The position numbers and the translations under genes are program-made. DNA of 32,000 nucleotides from Candidatus Scalindua sp. (GTDB lineage: Bacteria > Planctomycetota > Brocadiia > Brocadiales > Scalinduaceae), in assembly GCA_031316235.1 (NCBI GenBank), contig JALDRA010000001.1:4117783-4149782 (forward strand), in the 5' to 3' direction. The notes beneath the pieces are model-generated. The model did not search any database. It worked only from the letters and a program-made list of their open reading frames with translations, and had not been told where the DNA came from. Positions 1-10,300 of this stretch are shown piece by piece. Within the stretch, counting starts at the first letter, position 1. Each line of letters opens with the position of its first letter.

Positions 1-319
1 CTGCTGCCCCCCCGAGTACAATCATCGCAGATGTTTTACTTCGAACGGTTTCTACAAGTGGTGCCAAATCCCCGTAGAACGCAGCAGGTTGCTGCATATC
101 GTTATTGTCAATGTTACGAAAGGAAATCCCAACAACATCAGGCTGTGTCCTGTCGATTACTGAACGCAATGTACCTAAAGGATCCCGTTCAAACATTAAA
201 TCCAACGTCCGAACCTGATGACCTGCCCGTTCACAATACTCTGCAACGATGCATGCACCAAGAGGAATAACGGGAATCGGTGTACGATATCGATTGGTTA
301 TAATGAGAAGTACGTTCAC
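1..319 (-). CDS. B12-binding-domain radical SAM protein, N-terminal part only (gene runs off the left edge)
   Basis: Absent from the ORF track because it has no stop inside the window. Reverse-strand translation from GTG (complement of 317-319; an in-frame TGA lies one codon upstream) reads VNVLLIITNRYRTPIPVIPLGACIVAEYCERAGHQVRTLDLMFERDPLGTLRSVIDRTQPDVVGISFRNIDNNDMQQPAAFYGDLAPLVETVRSKTSAMIVLGGAA. This is the pattern (PLG, GH-V, DL, PD-VGIS-R) of the cobalamin-binding domain that precedes the radical SAM core in class B enzymes. The CxxxCxxC core is outside the window. Confidence 0.55.
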   Translation of the reverse strand, partial: MNVLLIITNRYRTPIPVIPLGACIVAEYCERAGHQVRTLDLMFERDPLGTLRSVIDRTQPDVVGISFRNIDNNDMQQPAAFYGDLAPLVETVRSKTSAMIVLGGAA

Positions 320-395
320 GGTTCAATTCATTAATTTTATTGCAATCTCACAAGACAGCAACTGCGATTTCAGATTCACCTCAAGCTTACATCTT

Positions 396-2246
396 TCACA
401 GATGTGTGCCGCGCAATTGACTAACATCCCGAACCGCACCCCTATCAGCGCTCGTTGTCATAGCCGCATACGCACGAAGAGACTGCGATACTTTTCGTGC
501 TCTCTTGCCAGGTTTCCATGCTTCCTCACCTTTAGAATCCATCTTTTCACGTCTCTCATTTAACTCTGCATCAGAAATATCCAGATCAATCTTCCGATTG
601 GGAATATCAATTTTAATACTATCTCCCTCTTCTACCAGTCCAATAGCTCCTCCGGCAGCAGCTTCAGGAGAAATATGACAAATACTCAACCCTGAAGTCC
701 CTCCGCTAAAACGTCCATCTGTAATAAGTGCACACTCTTTCCCAAGATGTTTTGATTTTATATACGTAGTAGGATAGAGCATCTCCTGCATCCCCGGACC
801 GCCTTTTGGACCTTCATATCGAATCAGCACTATATCGCCAGCTTTTATTTTGTCTCCCAGTAATGATTCACACGCACTATCTTGAGAGTGGAATACCCTT
901 GCCGGTCCTTCAAACTTGAAAAGACTCTCATCCACGCCAGCAGTTTTCACAATGCAGCCATCCTCTGCAATGTTTCCATAAAGAACACAAAGTCCGCCAT
1001 CTTGACTATATGCATACTCTAAAGAACGGATGCAGCCGGTTTTATTGTCCGTATCAAGCGAGTCATACATTCTATCCTGCAAAAACGCCTTCGTAGTCTT
1101 CACACCGCCGGGTGCAGCTTTATAAAACTCTTCAGCAGAATTATTTTTCTGATATCGAAACCCGTATTTCTCAATCTGCTCGGCAAGTGTCATTCCACTT
1201 GCCATAATACAGCTCAAATCAAGAATTCCCTCTTTTCTAGAGAGTTCTTCAAGAATTGCAATAATTCCACCAGCTCGATGGACATCTTCAATATGATAGT
1301 GTGATGAAGGTGCAACTTTTGAAAGTGTCGGAACCTGTCGAGATATTTCATCAATATCTTTCATGGTAAATTCAGTACCTGCTTCCTGAGCAACTGCAAG
1401 TATATGGAGAACTGTATTTGTTGATCCTCCCATTGCGATATCAAGGGCCATTGCATTTAGAAAAGCTTCCCTTTTCGCAATTGACCTTGGCAGAACAGAT
1501 TCATCCCCATCAAAATAATATTTTTTTGCCATTTCAACTATTCGAACAGCCGCTTTTTTAAAAAGTCCCCACCTGTTTTTGTGAGTAGCCACTATCGTTC
1601 CATTACCGGGAAGAGCAAGTCCAAGTGCTTCGTTCAGACAATTCATACTGTTAGCCGTAAACATCCCTGAACAGGAACCACAGGTAGGACATGCATTTTC
1701 TTCTATGTTCTTAACCTCTTCATCCGAAATGGTCTCATCCCCTGCAGACATCATTGCATCAATGAGGTCCAGTTTGTTACCACCGGTTTCACCAGCCTCC
1801 ATAGGACCACCGGAAACAAAAATAGCAGGGATGTTCACTCTCATTGCCGCTATCATCATACCGGGAGTTATTTTGTCACAGTTACTGATACAGATCATCG
1901 CATCAGCACAATGAGCATTAACCATGTATTCAACAGAATCAGCAATCAAATCTCTCGATGGTAGCGAATAGAGCATGCCGTCATGGCCCATCGCAATACC
2001 ATCATCAATTGCAATTGTATTAAATTCAATACCAAACCCACCGCTCCCATCTATGACTTCTTTGACCTGCTGTCCAACATCTTTCAGATGAACATGACCA
2101 GGTACAAACTGGGTAAATGAGTTAACAATAGCAATAATAGGCTTACCAAAATCACTCTCACCCATCCCCGTGGCACGCCATAACGATCTTGCGCCAGCCA
2201 TCAATCGACCTTCAGTAGATATACTACTTCTCAATTTACCCATCAA
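396..2246 (-). CDS. ilvD: dihydroxy-acid dehydratase
   Basis: 616-aa ORF colinear with E. coli IlvD from the N-terminus ([102 protein letters not shown]). Confidence 0.97.
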   Translation of the reverse strand: MMGKLRSSISTEGRLMAGARSLWRATGMGESDFGKPIIAIVNSFTQFVPGHVHLKDVGQQVKEVIDGSGGFGIEFNTIAIDDGIAMGHDGMLYSLPSRDLIADSVEYMVNAHCADAMICISNCDKITPGMMIAAMRVNIPAIFVSGGPMEAGETGGNKLDLIDAMMSAGDETISDEEVKNIEENACPTCGSCSGMFTANSMNCLNEALGLALPGNGTIVATHKNRWGLFKKAAVRIVEMAKKYYFDGDESVLPRSIAKREAFLNAMALDIAMGGSTNTVLHILAVAQEAGTEFTMKDIDEISRQVPTLSKVAPSSHYHIEDVHRAGGIIAILEELSRKEGILDLSCIMASGMTLAEQIEKYGFRYQKNNSAEEFYKAAPGGVKTTKAFLQDRMYDSLDTDNKTGCIRSLEYAYSQDGGLCVLYGNIAEDGCIVKTAGVDESLFKFEGPARVFHSQDSACESLLGDKIKAGDIVLIRYEGPKGGPGMQEMLYPTTYIKSKHLGKECALITDGRFSGGTSGLSICHISPEAAAGGAIGLVEEGDSIKIDIPNRKIDLDISDAELNERREKMDSKGEEAWKPGKRARKVSQSLRAYAAMTTSADRGAVRDVSQLRGTHL

Positions 2247-2301
2247 TTTCTCCTGAAATTTATAATTCTTACCAAAAAATTATTACCCTTATTACCTAAC
2301 G

Positions 2302-3600
2302 CTATAATAGTTCTACTATTTCTGATATAGCTTTGGTAAGGAGGGACAAATCATCTTTATCAATGATGTAAGGTGGCATAATATAGATCAGGTTTCTGAA
2401 TGGTCTTACCCAGACCCCTTTTTTTACAAATTCCTTTTGAAGCTGCGCAACATCCACCTCTTCCTTCATTTCAACAACACCTATGGCACCCAACACTCTT
2501 ACCTCCTGCACAGCAGAACGGCCAGCACACATCAATAACTCACGTTCCATTTGTTCCTCAATACTTTGCACCCTTTCCCGCCAGGGAGAACCCAGGAGCA
2601 GTCTCACACTTTCCACGGCAACAGCACAACTTAAAGGATTTGCCATGAAGGTAGGTCCATGCATAAAAACGCCTGGATCACCAGAAGAAATAACCTCACT
2701 GATCTCATCTGTTGCCAGTGTGGCAGCAAGCCCCATGTAACCACCAGTTAAAGCCTTGCCGAGACACATAATGTCCGGAAAAATCTCAGCATGTTCAGAA
2801 GCAAAGAGTTTCCCTGTTCTTCCAAACCCCGTTGCGATCTCATCCAGGATCAAAAGGACGTTATATTGATCACAAAGCGATCGCACATTTTTCAAATAAT
2901 CAGGAGAATAAAACCGCATACCACCTGCACCCTGAACAATCGGTTCAAGGATAACAGCTGCAATATTTTCACAATTTTTCTCAATGAGCCTCTTAAAAGA
3001 GGCGATGTCCTTTACCCTCCACTCATCCCTGAATTTACAGCCGGGAGCGTCTGCAAAATATTGCTCCGGAAAAGCATCCTGAAAAACATGATGCATCCCA
3101 TTATCAGGGTCACATACGGACATGGCTTTAAATGTATCACCGTGATATCCGGAACGAATGGTCAATAATCTGTTTTTCTTTCGTTTTCCTTTTGTATACC
3201 AGTATTGAAGTGCCATTTTTATCGCTACTTCAACTGCCACCGATCCGCTGTCACAAAAAAATACTTTCTGTAACGGAGGAGGTGTTATCTCGATCAGCAG
3301 ATCAGCGAGATAAACTGCCGGCTCATGAATGACACCTCCAAACATCACATGGGCCATTTTTGAAATCTGCTTTCCTGCTGCCGCGTTCAAAACAGGATGA
3401 TTATAGCCATGAATTGCACTCCACCATGAAGACATTCCATCTATCAACTCTCTTCCATCGGCCAACTTTAACCTGACACCTGTTGCGGAGACTATATGAT
3501 ACACAGGGAGAGGATTCTCAATAGAAGTATATGGATGCCAAATGTGCTTTTTATCAAACTCCAGCAGCTCCAACTCTTCAAATTTTGAACGTACCTGCAT
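2302..3600 (-). CDS. bioA: adenosylmethionine-8-amino-7-oxononanoate aminotransferase
   Basis: 432-aa ORF colinear with E. coli BioA (HIWHPYTS, PLPVY, DGMSSWWSAIHGYNHPVLNAA, HVMFGG, DSGSVAVEVAIKMALQYW, GYHGDTFKAMSVCDPDNGMH). Confidence 0.95.
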   Translation of the reverse strand: MQVRSKFEELELLEFDKKHIWHPYTSIENPLPVYHIVSATGVRLKLADGRELIDGMSSWWSAIHGYNHPVLNAAAGKQISKMAHVMFGGVIHEPAVYLADLLIEITPPPLQKVFFCDSGSVAVEVAIKMALQYWYTKGKRKKNRLLTIRSGYHGDTFKAMSVCDPDNGMHHVFQDAFPEQYFADAPGCKFRDEWRVKDIASFKRLIEKNCENIAAVILEPIVQGAGGMRFYSPDYLKNVRSLCDQYNVLLILDEIATGFGRTGKLFASEHAEIFPDIMCLGKALTGGYMGLAATLATDEISEVISSGDPGVFMHGPTFMANPLSCAVAVESVRLLLGSPWRERVQSIEEQMERELLMCAGRSAVQEVRVLGAIGVVEMKEEVDVAQLQKEFVKKGVWVRPFRNLIYIMPPYIIDKDDLSLLTKAISEIVELL

Positions 3601-3635
3601 TTTTTTTATACTGAATGTCTCGTAAAACCTTTAAA

Positions 3636-3775
3636 TATACTCATCTTACAATGGTTTTCGGATAAAATCCGAGAGCAACCGGAGCGAGTAAAGTCCTCGG
3701 CGGTTTTTGTCCGGGGATACCATTAAACAGGTTCTGGTTTTAGAAAAATCTAAAACCAGATCAGTTTCTGTATAC
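3636..3775 (+). repeat. structured intergenic repeat (SIR) copy A, full length 140 bp, forward orientation
   Basis: Starts TATACTCATC and ends GTATAC. It aligns along its length with copies B, C, D and F. It carries hairpin 1 (TCGGAT-AAA-ATCCGA), hairpin 2 (CCTCGG-N10-CCGGGG) and hairpin 3 (TCTGGTTTTAGA-AAAA-TCTAAAACCAGA, a perfect 12-bp stem). Confidence 0.9.
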
Positions 3776-3878
3776 CTGTGTCTCCAAAAGTATGAGACTA
3801 CCTATCAACTCCACCCATGTTGCCCTATCAATCGGCGTATAATCGGGTTTGATAAATGATACAAAAGCGAATTACGGT

Positions 3879-4085
3879 TCATGATGATTTTGGAAAGAAC
3901 TGATCTTGTACCGCAAAACAGGCACCATCATCTTTCGAAGGGATATAGGCACCGATTGGACACAGGACCTTGCTGTCTTCATTACAACGTATGATAATCT
4001 TCCATAATGCATCAAGTCCCTCCTTCTCGTGTTCGCTCTCCGGAATCATTTTAATCATTGACTGGCTTTCAATTGAAATTTTCAT
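3879..4085 (-). CDS. hypothetical small protein (68 aa from the internal ATG)
   Basis: The track ORF is 3879..4175. I prefer Met31 (ATG at 4085) because GGAAAGGA lies about 8 nt upstream, whereas the first ATG has no SD. Product: MKISIESQSMIKMIPESEHEKEGLDALWKIIIRCNEDSKVLCPIGAYIPSKDDGACFAVQDQFFPKSS. I recognise no family. Confidence 0.35.
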   Translation of the reverse strand: MKISIESQSMIKMIPESEHEKEGLDALWKIIIRCNEDSKVLCPIGAYIPSKDDGACFAVQDQFFPKSS

Positions 4086-4202
4086 GGCAAAAAATCCTTT
4101 CCTTTTTTCTAATTCGTTATAGATACATGATTTACTTATAGTATAACATTTTACTACTGCTAACAACAATTTCAATTAAAAACATTGTAACCAGAGAGTA
4201 AA

Positions 4203-4219
4203 AACAAATAGTATTTGTT
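4203..4219. promoter_or_regulatory. 17-bp palindrome AACAAATA-G-TATTTGTT in a divergent intergenic region
   Basis: Perfect 8-bp arms around one central base. It sits between the divergently oriented small ORF (start 4085) and the rhodanese gene (start 4330). Candidate dimeric regulator site; function not shown. Confidence 0.25.
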
Positions 4220-4329
4220 AACAGATAAAAAATCCTGTTTAATATACGTATTAAATAGGTTGAAGAGAGGGGCATCTTCGTTACCTTTTTTCCTCGCTAT
4301 AACAACCAGGTAAAGTTTGAAGATTAATT

Positions 4330-4704
4330 ATGAAAAAACATGCAAAGAGATTTTTACATATTGTTGATGATGCCAAAAGCAGAATTAAGGAAACAAGTAT
4401 CGAAGATGTCAAAGCAAGAGCAGAACGTGGCGACACCTTTTATTTAGTAGACGTCCGTGAAGAGAGTGAATGGAATAAGGGACATATAACGAATGCCATT
4501 TATATCGGTAAAGGGGTAATTGAGAGGGATATAGAAAAAACTATTACAAATATGGGATCAGAAATCATCCTTTACTGTGGCGGAGGATTTCGTTCCGCAT
4601 TGGCTGCTGATTCTTTACAAAAAATGGGATATTCAAATGTCTATTCAATGGCCGGTGGATATAGTGGCTGGGTTGAAGCAGGATATCCGGTTGAAACGGG
4701 ATAA
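4330..4704 (+). CDS. rhodanese-domain sulfurtransferase (single domain)
   Basis: 124 aa. Typical rhodanese layout: YLVDVREESEWNKGHI, then the active-site loop LYCGGGFRS (Cys-X4-Arg), then GYSGW. Confidence 0.9.
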   Translation: MKKHAKRFLHIVDDAKSRIKETSIEDVKARAERGDTFYLVDVREESEWNKGHITNAIYIGKGVIERDIEKTITNMGSEIILYCGGGFRSALAADSLQKMGYSNVYSMAGGYSGWVEAGYPVETG

Positions 4705-4789
4705 GGGTCCTGTCTTTAACCCCATGTCAAAACTATACCTGATCAGGCTCTTGAACGAAAACACCGTAGTTCAACAAAAAGTGTCCAGA

Positions 4790-4930
4790 AATACTAAAGC
4801 CGATCTGGTTTTCGATTTTACCGGAAACAAAATCCTGGTGAAGGTGTCCCCGGACAAAAAGCGCCGAGGACTTGTACTCACTCAATTTTTTCTCGGATTG
4901 TATCCGAAATCCAGTATGAGATGAGTATAC
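4790..4930 (-). repeat. SIR copy B, full length 141 bp, reverse orientation
   Basis: The reverse complement reads GTATACTCATCTCATACTGGATTTCGGATACAATCCGAG...GTCCTCGGCGCTTTTTGTCCGGGG...GTTTCCGGTAAAATCGAAAAC...TTTAGTATT and aligns end to end with copy F. Confidence 0.9.
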
Positions 4931-5260
4931 AGGGAGCGATAATTTTATAACCAGATCATGCTGATGTGCCTGAGGGTTGCAGAATTATTCCCGAAGTGCA
5001 TTAGATGAGTAGTTTGCGTTCAACTACCGCATATTAGTTTTTCTCACCAGATAAGCGGCATCTTTCCCAAACACTGCTTTGGAAAAGACTTGAATTCTAG
5101 TTTACTTTTTCAATGAAATCAATTACATTACGGGATATTGCTCATACTCACCAGCCTTCTCATGTATGAGAGATTGAACTCAATTCCTTACGTAATCATA
5201 AAAATAAATAAAATAATTCGTTGAAAGCTATCTTTTTCTAAACGTTTTTAGGAGAAAACC

Positions 5261-6325
5261 GTGAAACACTTAGTCATTTCAATAATGGTTTGCCTTGTCT
5301 TAATCGGATGCACACATAAGCAAGTCAATAGTTCGGGCTCTTACATTCAGAACCGAGTAGCCGTTTTTAAGGGAGAAAAGCATTTAAAAAACATCAGGCA
5401 GCTAACATTTGGGGGTGAGAATGCTGAAGCGTATTTTTCTTTCAATGCAGATAAACTTGTTTTTCAATCAACACGAGATGATATGGAGTGTGATGCAATC
5501 TTTACGATGAATATAGATGGTACTGATGTGAAGATGGTTTCATCGGGCAAGGGCTCTACTACCTGTTCTTTCATAGCACCTGACAACAAGTCCCTCATTT
5601 ATGCATCAACTCATCTGGCAGGTGATGAATGCCCCCCCAAAGCGGATATGTCGCAAGGTTATGTCTGGGCTTTATATAAAAGCTACGATATTTTCAAAGC
5701 TGATATGAATGGTACAAATATCACCCGCCTGACTGATACTCCAGGATACGATGCCGAGGCAGTATATTCTCCGAAAGGAGATAAAATCATCTTTACGTCA
5801 GTTCGAACAGGCGATCTGGAACTGTTCATAATGGATCCGAATGGTTCTAATGTTGAGCAGGTGACAGATATTCCCGGTTACGATGGTGGAGCCTTCTTTT
5901 CTCTTGACGGAGAATGGATATGCTGGAGGGCATCCAGACCCCAGGGAGAAGAACTCGAAGACTATAAGAATCTTCTTAAAGACGGTTTGATCAGACCAAC
6001 TAAGCTTGAAATCTACGTTATGAATCTCAAAGAACTCAATCCCATTCAGCTGACCAATAACGGTGCCGCTAACTTCGGCCCCTATTTCCACCCTGACGGT
6101 AAAAAAGTTATTTTTGCTTCAAATATGGATGACCCGGAAAAGCGGAATTTTGATCTGTATATGGTTGACATAAAAACCATGAAAATCAGACGTTTAACGT
6201 ATAACCCGACATTCGATGGATTTCCCATGTTCAGCCATGACGGGAAAAAACTGGTTTTTGCTTCAAATCGCAACAACTCCCAACAGGGTGAAACAAATAT
6301 ATTTATAGCCGACTGGATAGATTGA
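5261..6325 (+). CDS. TolB-like / PD40 beta-propeller repeat lipoprotein
   Basis: GTG start preceded by AGGAGAAAACC. N-terminus MKHLVISIMVCLVLIGC has a lipobox (LIGC). Repeated PD40-type units follow (YSPKGDKIIFTSVRTGDLELFIMD, FHPDGKKVIFASN...FDLYMVD, FSHDGKKLVFASNRN). Confidence 0.85.
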   Translation: MKHLVISIMVCLVLIGCTHKQVNSSGSYIQNRVAVFKGEKHLKNIRQLTFGGENAEAYFSFNADKLVFQSTRDDMECDAIFTMNIDGTDVKMVSSGKGSTTCSFIAPDNKSLIYASTHLAGDECPPKADMSQGYVWALYKSYDIFKADMNGTNITRLTDTPGYDAEAVYSPKGDKIIFTSVRTGDLELFIMDPNGSNVEQVTDIPGYDGGAFFSLDGEWICWRASRPQGEELEDYKNLLKDGLIRPTKLEIYVMNLKELNPIQLTNNGAANFGPYFHPDGKKVIFASNMDDPEKRNFDLYMVDIKTMKIRRLTYNPTFDGFPMFSHDGKKLVFASNRNNSQQGETNIFIADWID

Positions 6326-6504
6326 TTGGTTTATTAAGGAAAAGTTTAGACGGGATGTACAGAACAGTCTGGATTATTTCCTTTTACAATGTCTGACCTG
6401 TCCGACATGCTTTTTCCAACGAGAACGGTTTCGTTTTGTTTGGCAGCACAGGTCAGCACTATGATCTTTGACGAGACGTATAAGTTTGGTAAGTAATATT
6501 CCTT

Positions 6505-7194
6505 ATGAGCAATGTAACAAGACCGGATCATATTGGCCACCGCCAGAGGATAAAGGAAAAATACGGGAAGTCCGGGATGGAAGGCTGGCAGGACTACGAA
6601 GTTTTAGAATTACTTTTATCATATGCCATTCCTCGTAAGGATACGAAACCGATAGCGAAAGAGTTGATTGCCCGCTTTAAGACATTCAATGGTGTTCTGG
6701 ATGCTGACAGAAAAGAATTAGAGAGCGTAAGCGGGTTGTCAAAACATTCGGCTCTGTTTTTAAACTTGCTCAAGGACATCTCTATCCTTTACATGGAGAA
6801 AGGCATTCACAGAAGGGACTTGCTTTCATCCCCCCAGGCTGTCTGCAATTATTTAATGGCTGCCTTAAAGGGATTATCAGATGAAGAGTTCAGGATGTTA
6901 TTTTTGGATAGCCGCAATCAGTTGATAGCAATGGAGGTGTTAAAAACAGGTACCGTAAATCGTGCGTATGTTTTTCCGCGAAAAATCGTGGAACGTGCAC
7001 TATATCATCATGCGGTGGGTGTTGTGATTGCCCATAACCACCCTTCCGGGTCATTAAAACCTTCTCCGGAGGATCAGGGGATAACAAGGGATATTAGAGA
7101 AGCTTTAAAAACAGTAGATATTGCTTTGCTTGATCATATTATCATTGCAGGTAATGAATTTTTTAGTTTTAGAGAACATCGGATTTCAATCTAA
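6505..7194 (+). CDS. radC: RadC-family JAB-domain protein
   Basis: 229 aa. N-terminal GHRQRIKEK...LELLL...KPIAKELI..F region and a C-terminal JAMM-like core (VVIAHNHPSGSLKPSPED...T). Confidence 0.9.
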   Translation: MSNVTRPDHIGHRQRIKEKYGKSGMEGWQDYEVLELLLSYAIPRKDTKPIAKELIARFKTFNGVLDADRKELESVSGLSKHSALFLNLLKDISILYMEKGIHRRDLLSSPQAVCNYLMAALKGLSDEEFRMLFLDSRNQLIAMEVLKTGTVNRAYVFPRKIVERALYHHAVGVVIAHNHPSGSLKPSPEDQGITRDIREALKTVDIALLDHIIIAGNEFFSFREHRISI

Positions 7195-7315
7195 GGAAAG
7201 ACAACTATACTCGTTCTGGCTCCAGGGGGTTAAGGTCATTTGATTCCGTGTCAAATCATAAAAACGGGGAGAAAGAAGGCTTATCTTTTGCGGCCTCCGC
7301 CTCTGATCCACAGAA

Positions 7316-10300
7316 TTACCTGGCAACTACCTTCGCAGCTACGGAGTACTCTCTGTCATCGCGCATAAAAACGATCGTGATCTCGTTACCTGCCTGTAAC
7401 GACTTTAAGACATCGGAATAAGTTTGCAGGTCTTCGATTGCGGTGTCTTCGATCCGAACAATAATATCGCCCTTCTGAAGACCAGCTTGAACTGCCGGTG
7501 TATCTGGGGTAACCCCCTCAAGGCGAACTCCTTTACCGGTATAGGTAAAGTCCGGAACACTACCCAGGATTATTCGTCTTGAAGTATGCTGTTGCTTTTT
7601 TTTCTGGTTTGTACTCTCTTTTGCAGCAGTCAGTGTTGAGGTCAGAGGTTCGGGTCTGGCAGCAAGGTATTCAACCACTTCCTTCAGGATTGCAGCAGTC
7701 TTTACCAGGCCTGCCGTATCAATCCTGTCAACAGTATCTGTTGGACGATGATAATTGTCGCGTGCACCGCTGAAGAGATGTACCGCGGGCACACCGGCGT
7801 CGAGAAAACTTTTCTCATCTCCGTTGCCGGTATCTATGGTTGATTGCTTGATTTCCACACCGGTTACGTAACCGGCACCACGAAAGATATGTACCCATTC
7901 GCGAGCAGAGTAGCTGCCGAATATAGTCAGGGCATCTTTACCTAACTGGCCGACTGTATCAATATTGATCATCGCCATGGCCTTGGAGACTGGATATTTC
8001 TTTGCATGACCGATGTAATGCAATGAGCCGAGCTTTCCGGCCTCCTCTGCGCTGAAGGCTACGAATACAATTGTGCGTTCAGGCTGCCATTTTTTCCCAA
8101 CCAGGCGGGCAAATTCCAGTAAAACGGAGATACCACTGCCATTATCGTCGGCACCGGGGTGTATTTTACCTTCGTTGCCTTTAAGGACGTCAGGCCAACC
8201 GCGCCCGTGAGAATCATAGTGGGCGCCGATAACCACGCTCTCTCCCTCCCATTGAGGATTTTTACCCGGTATAATTCCTATTACATTCTTTATAGTTAAG
8301 GCAACTTGCTCCGGCATATTTACCTGTTCTATCCATGTCTGAAAATAATCATCCACATCATCCCCGCAGGGCAGTAATCCGGCATCAGAAAACTGTTTCG
8401 CGATATAGTCTGAGGCCTTATCTATTCCGGGAGTACCCAGGCCTCTTCCCTCCAGCTCGTCAGAAGCGAGGTACTTGATATCCTTTAACATTCTCATTTC
8501 AGAAAAAACGGGAGGTAATTGCGCAAGGGCTGCACGTGGTGCAAGCATGGCTGCCGTTGATTTCACTTCTGTACCGTCACTTTGCAGAACAGCAATCGAC
8601 ATGGGTGAATTAACTACAGGCCATTGACCCTTGAAGACATTGGCAGGTTCATCACCGGTAAAACCAAGGTAGCTGTATCTGTTGTAATGTGGGAGTTTTC
8701 TTCCCAGACCCGGCATTGCTGTTACATTATCCGTGGCAAGCCAGGCCAGTGCCTGTGCGCTGTTGGAAGGGTGCCGTGCCATAACAACAATAGAGTGCTG
8801 CTTACGTTCAAGCTCGGTACCATCTATCTGTATTTGATTTTCGTTGCCATCGTAAACATAGTCTGAAAGCGCCTTGTTGACCATGGAACGAAAACGGTTT
8901 TCCCAGCCAAACAACCACACGGCACGATCTGTTGGCAATTCATCAAGCTCATTATCCAGCTTAATCTCTAACTGGGAAGAGCTTCCTTTCTTCCATCCTT
9001 TTGCCAGATCTTGATAAGCAAGACGTATAGATTCCGGCGCAGTTGCAGGCAAAACCACCAGAACCTGTTCTGCACCAAAGACCTGGCTTATGGCTGGCGG
9101 AGTTTCATTATGATCCAATGTTCGGAAGACGTCAAATTCCGGGTCAACATCCAGGCGTACAGGACGTGCAGGAAGATTGAGTTCCAGATTGTATTGTTTC
9201 GCATCAACTTCAATGCTGGTCTGGAACGCGTTTGCAACATTTTCCATGTGAACGGCAATTGGCAACCTTAACCGGTACGGCACTTCTTCCTGAATCTGTT
9301 CAATTGTGGCCGAAAGGACGTAACTATCACCTTGCCGTCTCGCAGCAGCCCGGCTTAATCTCAGGGAGGGTGCCCCGGTCTTCTTTACCCACTGTTCGAA
9401 CATCAATTCCAGATGATCTTCCGTTACACTATTGAAGGTTGTTTCGACTTCATCAAAGGAAGTTATCTTAAACTGGTATTTTCTATAGAATTGACGTAGC
9501 GCCTTAATAAAGAGCTGATCGCCCAGTTGGCAGCGGAGCATATGAAACAACATCATGGTCTTACCGTAACCTACTGCCTCGGTGACGGCACTATGGCGTG
9601 AACGAAATTCGGTAAGAGGAAAATCTTTGTTAGCCGTTACATAGTTGGTGTATTTTTGCAGCACCGAACGACGGTATTCAACCGCCTCGCCACGTTGCTC
9701 CTTTATGAGATGATCAGCAAGATACGTTGTCAGCCCTTCGGCCCAATTGCCTTTCTCATAATCAGTATATACTCCATTTCCCCACCAGTTATGCAGAATC
9801 TCATGGGGATAAGATGAATGGAGGATAAAAGGAAAACGAATGACCCTGGAGCCAAGCAGAGTAAAAGATGGCATACCATAACCTGTTTCCCAGAAATTCT
9901 CTACGAGGGCGAACTTTTTATAGGGATACGGACCGAGAAGTTTCCGGTACATCTCAAGATACTGTGCTGTTGTATCAAGATACTTTTGTGCAAGCTGGGA
10001 ATCCGGCTGTCGCAGGAAGGCCATGGCATCCACAACACCTGCTGCCTGGCCATATTCAGTAAACTCTGCGGCTATGAGGTAAATCTCCTCCTGAGGCTTT
10101 TCCATCACCCATTCATCCCTCCGGAATTCTTTGGCGGTATCATGTTTATTGCGTTCACCCTGGCTTACAGATACCCAGCCTGGCGGCAATTTAACAGCCA
10201 TGCTGAATGTCACCAGTTCATTTACAAAATATGGATACCAGAAGCTTGTCCCGCTCATGAATACACCTTCCGGGGAAATAATACCAGATGTCACACTGAA

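Noticed and set aside
31-563. Plus-strand ORFs 31..270 and 249..563
   Set aside because: They are antisense to the partial radical SAM gene and to the 3' end of ilvD, and nothing supports them.
3686-3700. GAGTAAAGTCCTCGG, reminiscent of the RNase P RNA GGAAAGTCCGGGC box
   Set aside because: It is part of hairpin 2 of the dispersed repeat and recurs in copies B and F. No other RNase P elements surround it.
4577-4924. ORFs that read through repeat copies (4577..4924, 10742..10957, 11542..11724, 15750..16040)
   Set aside because: Their only 'conservation' is the repeat DNA itself, read in different frames and strands in different copies. They have no start context.
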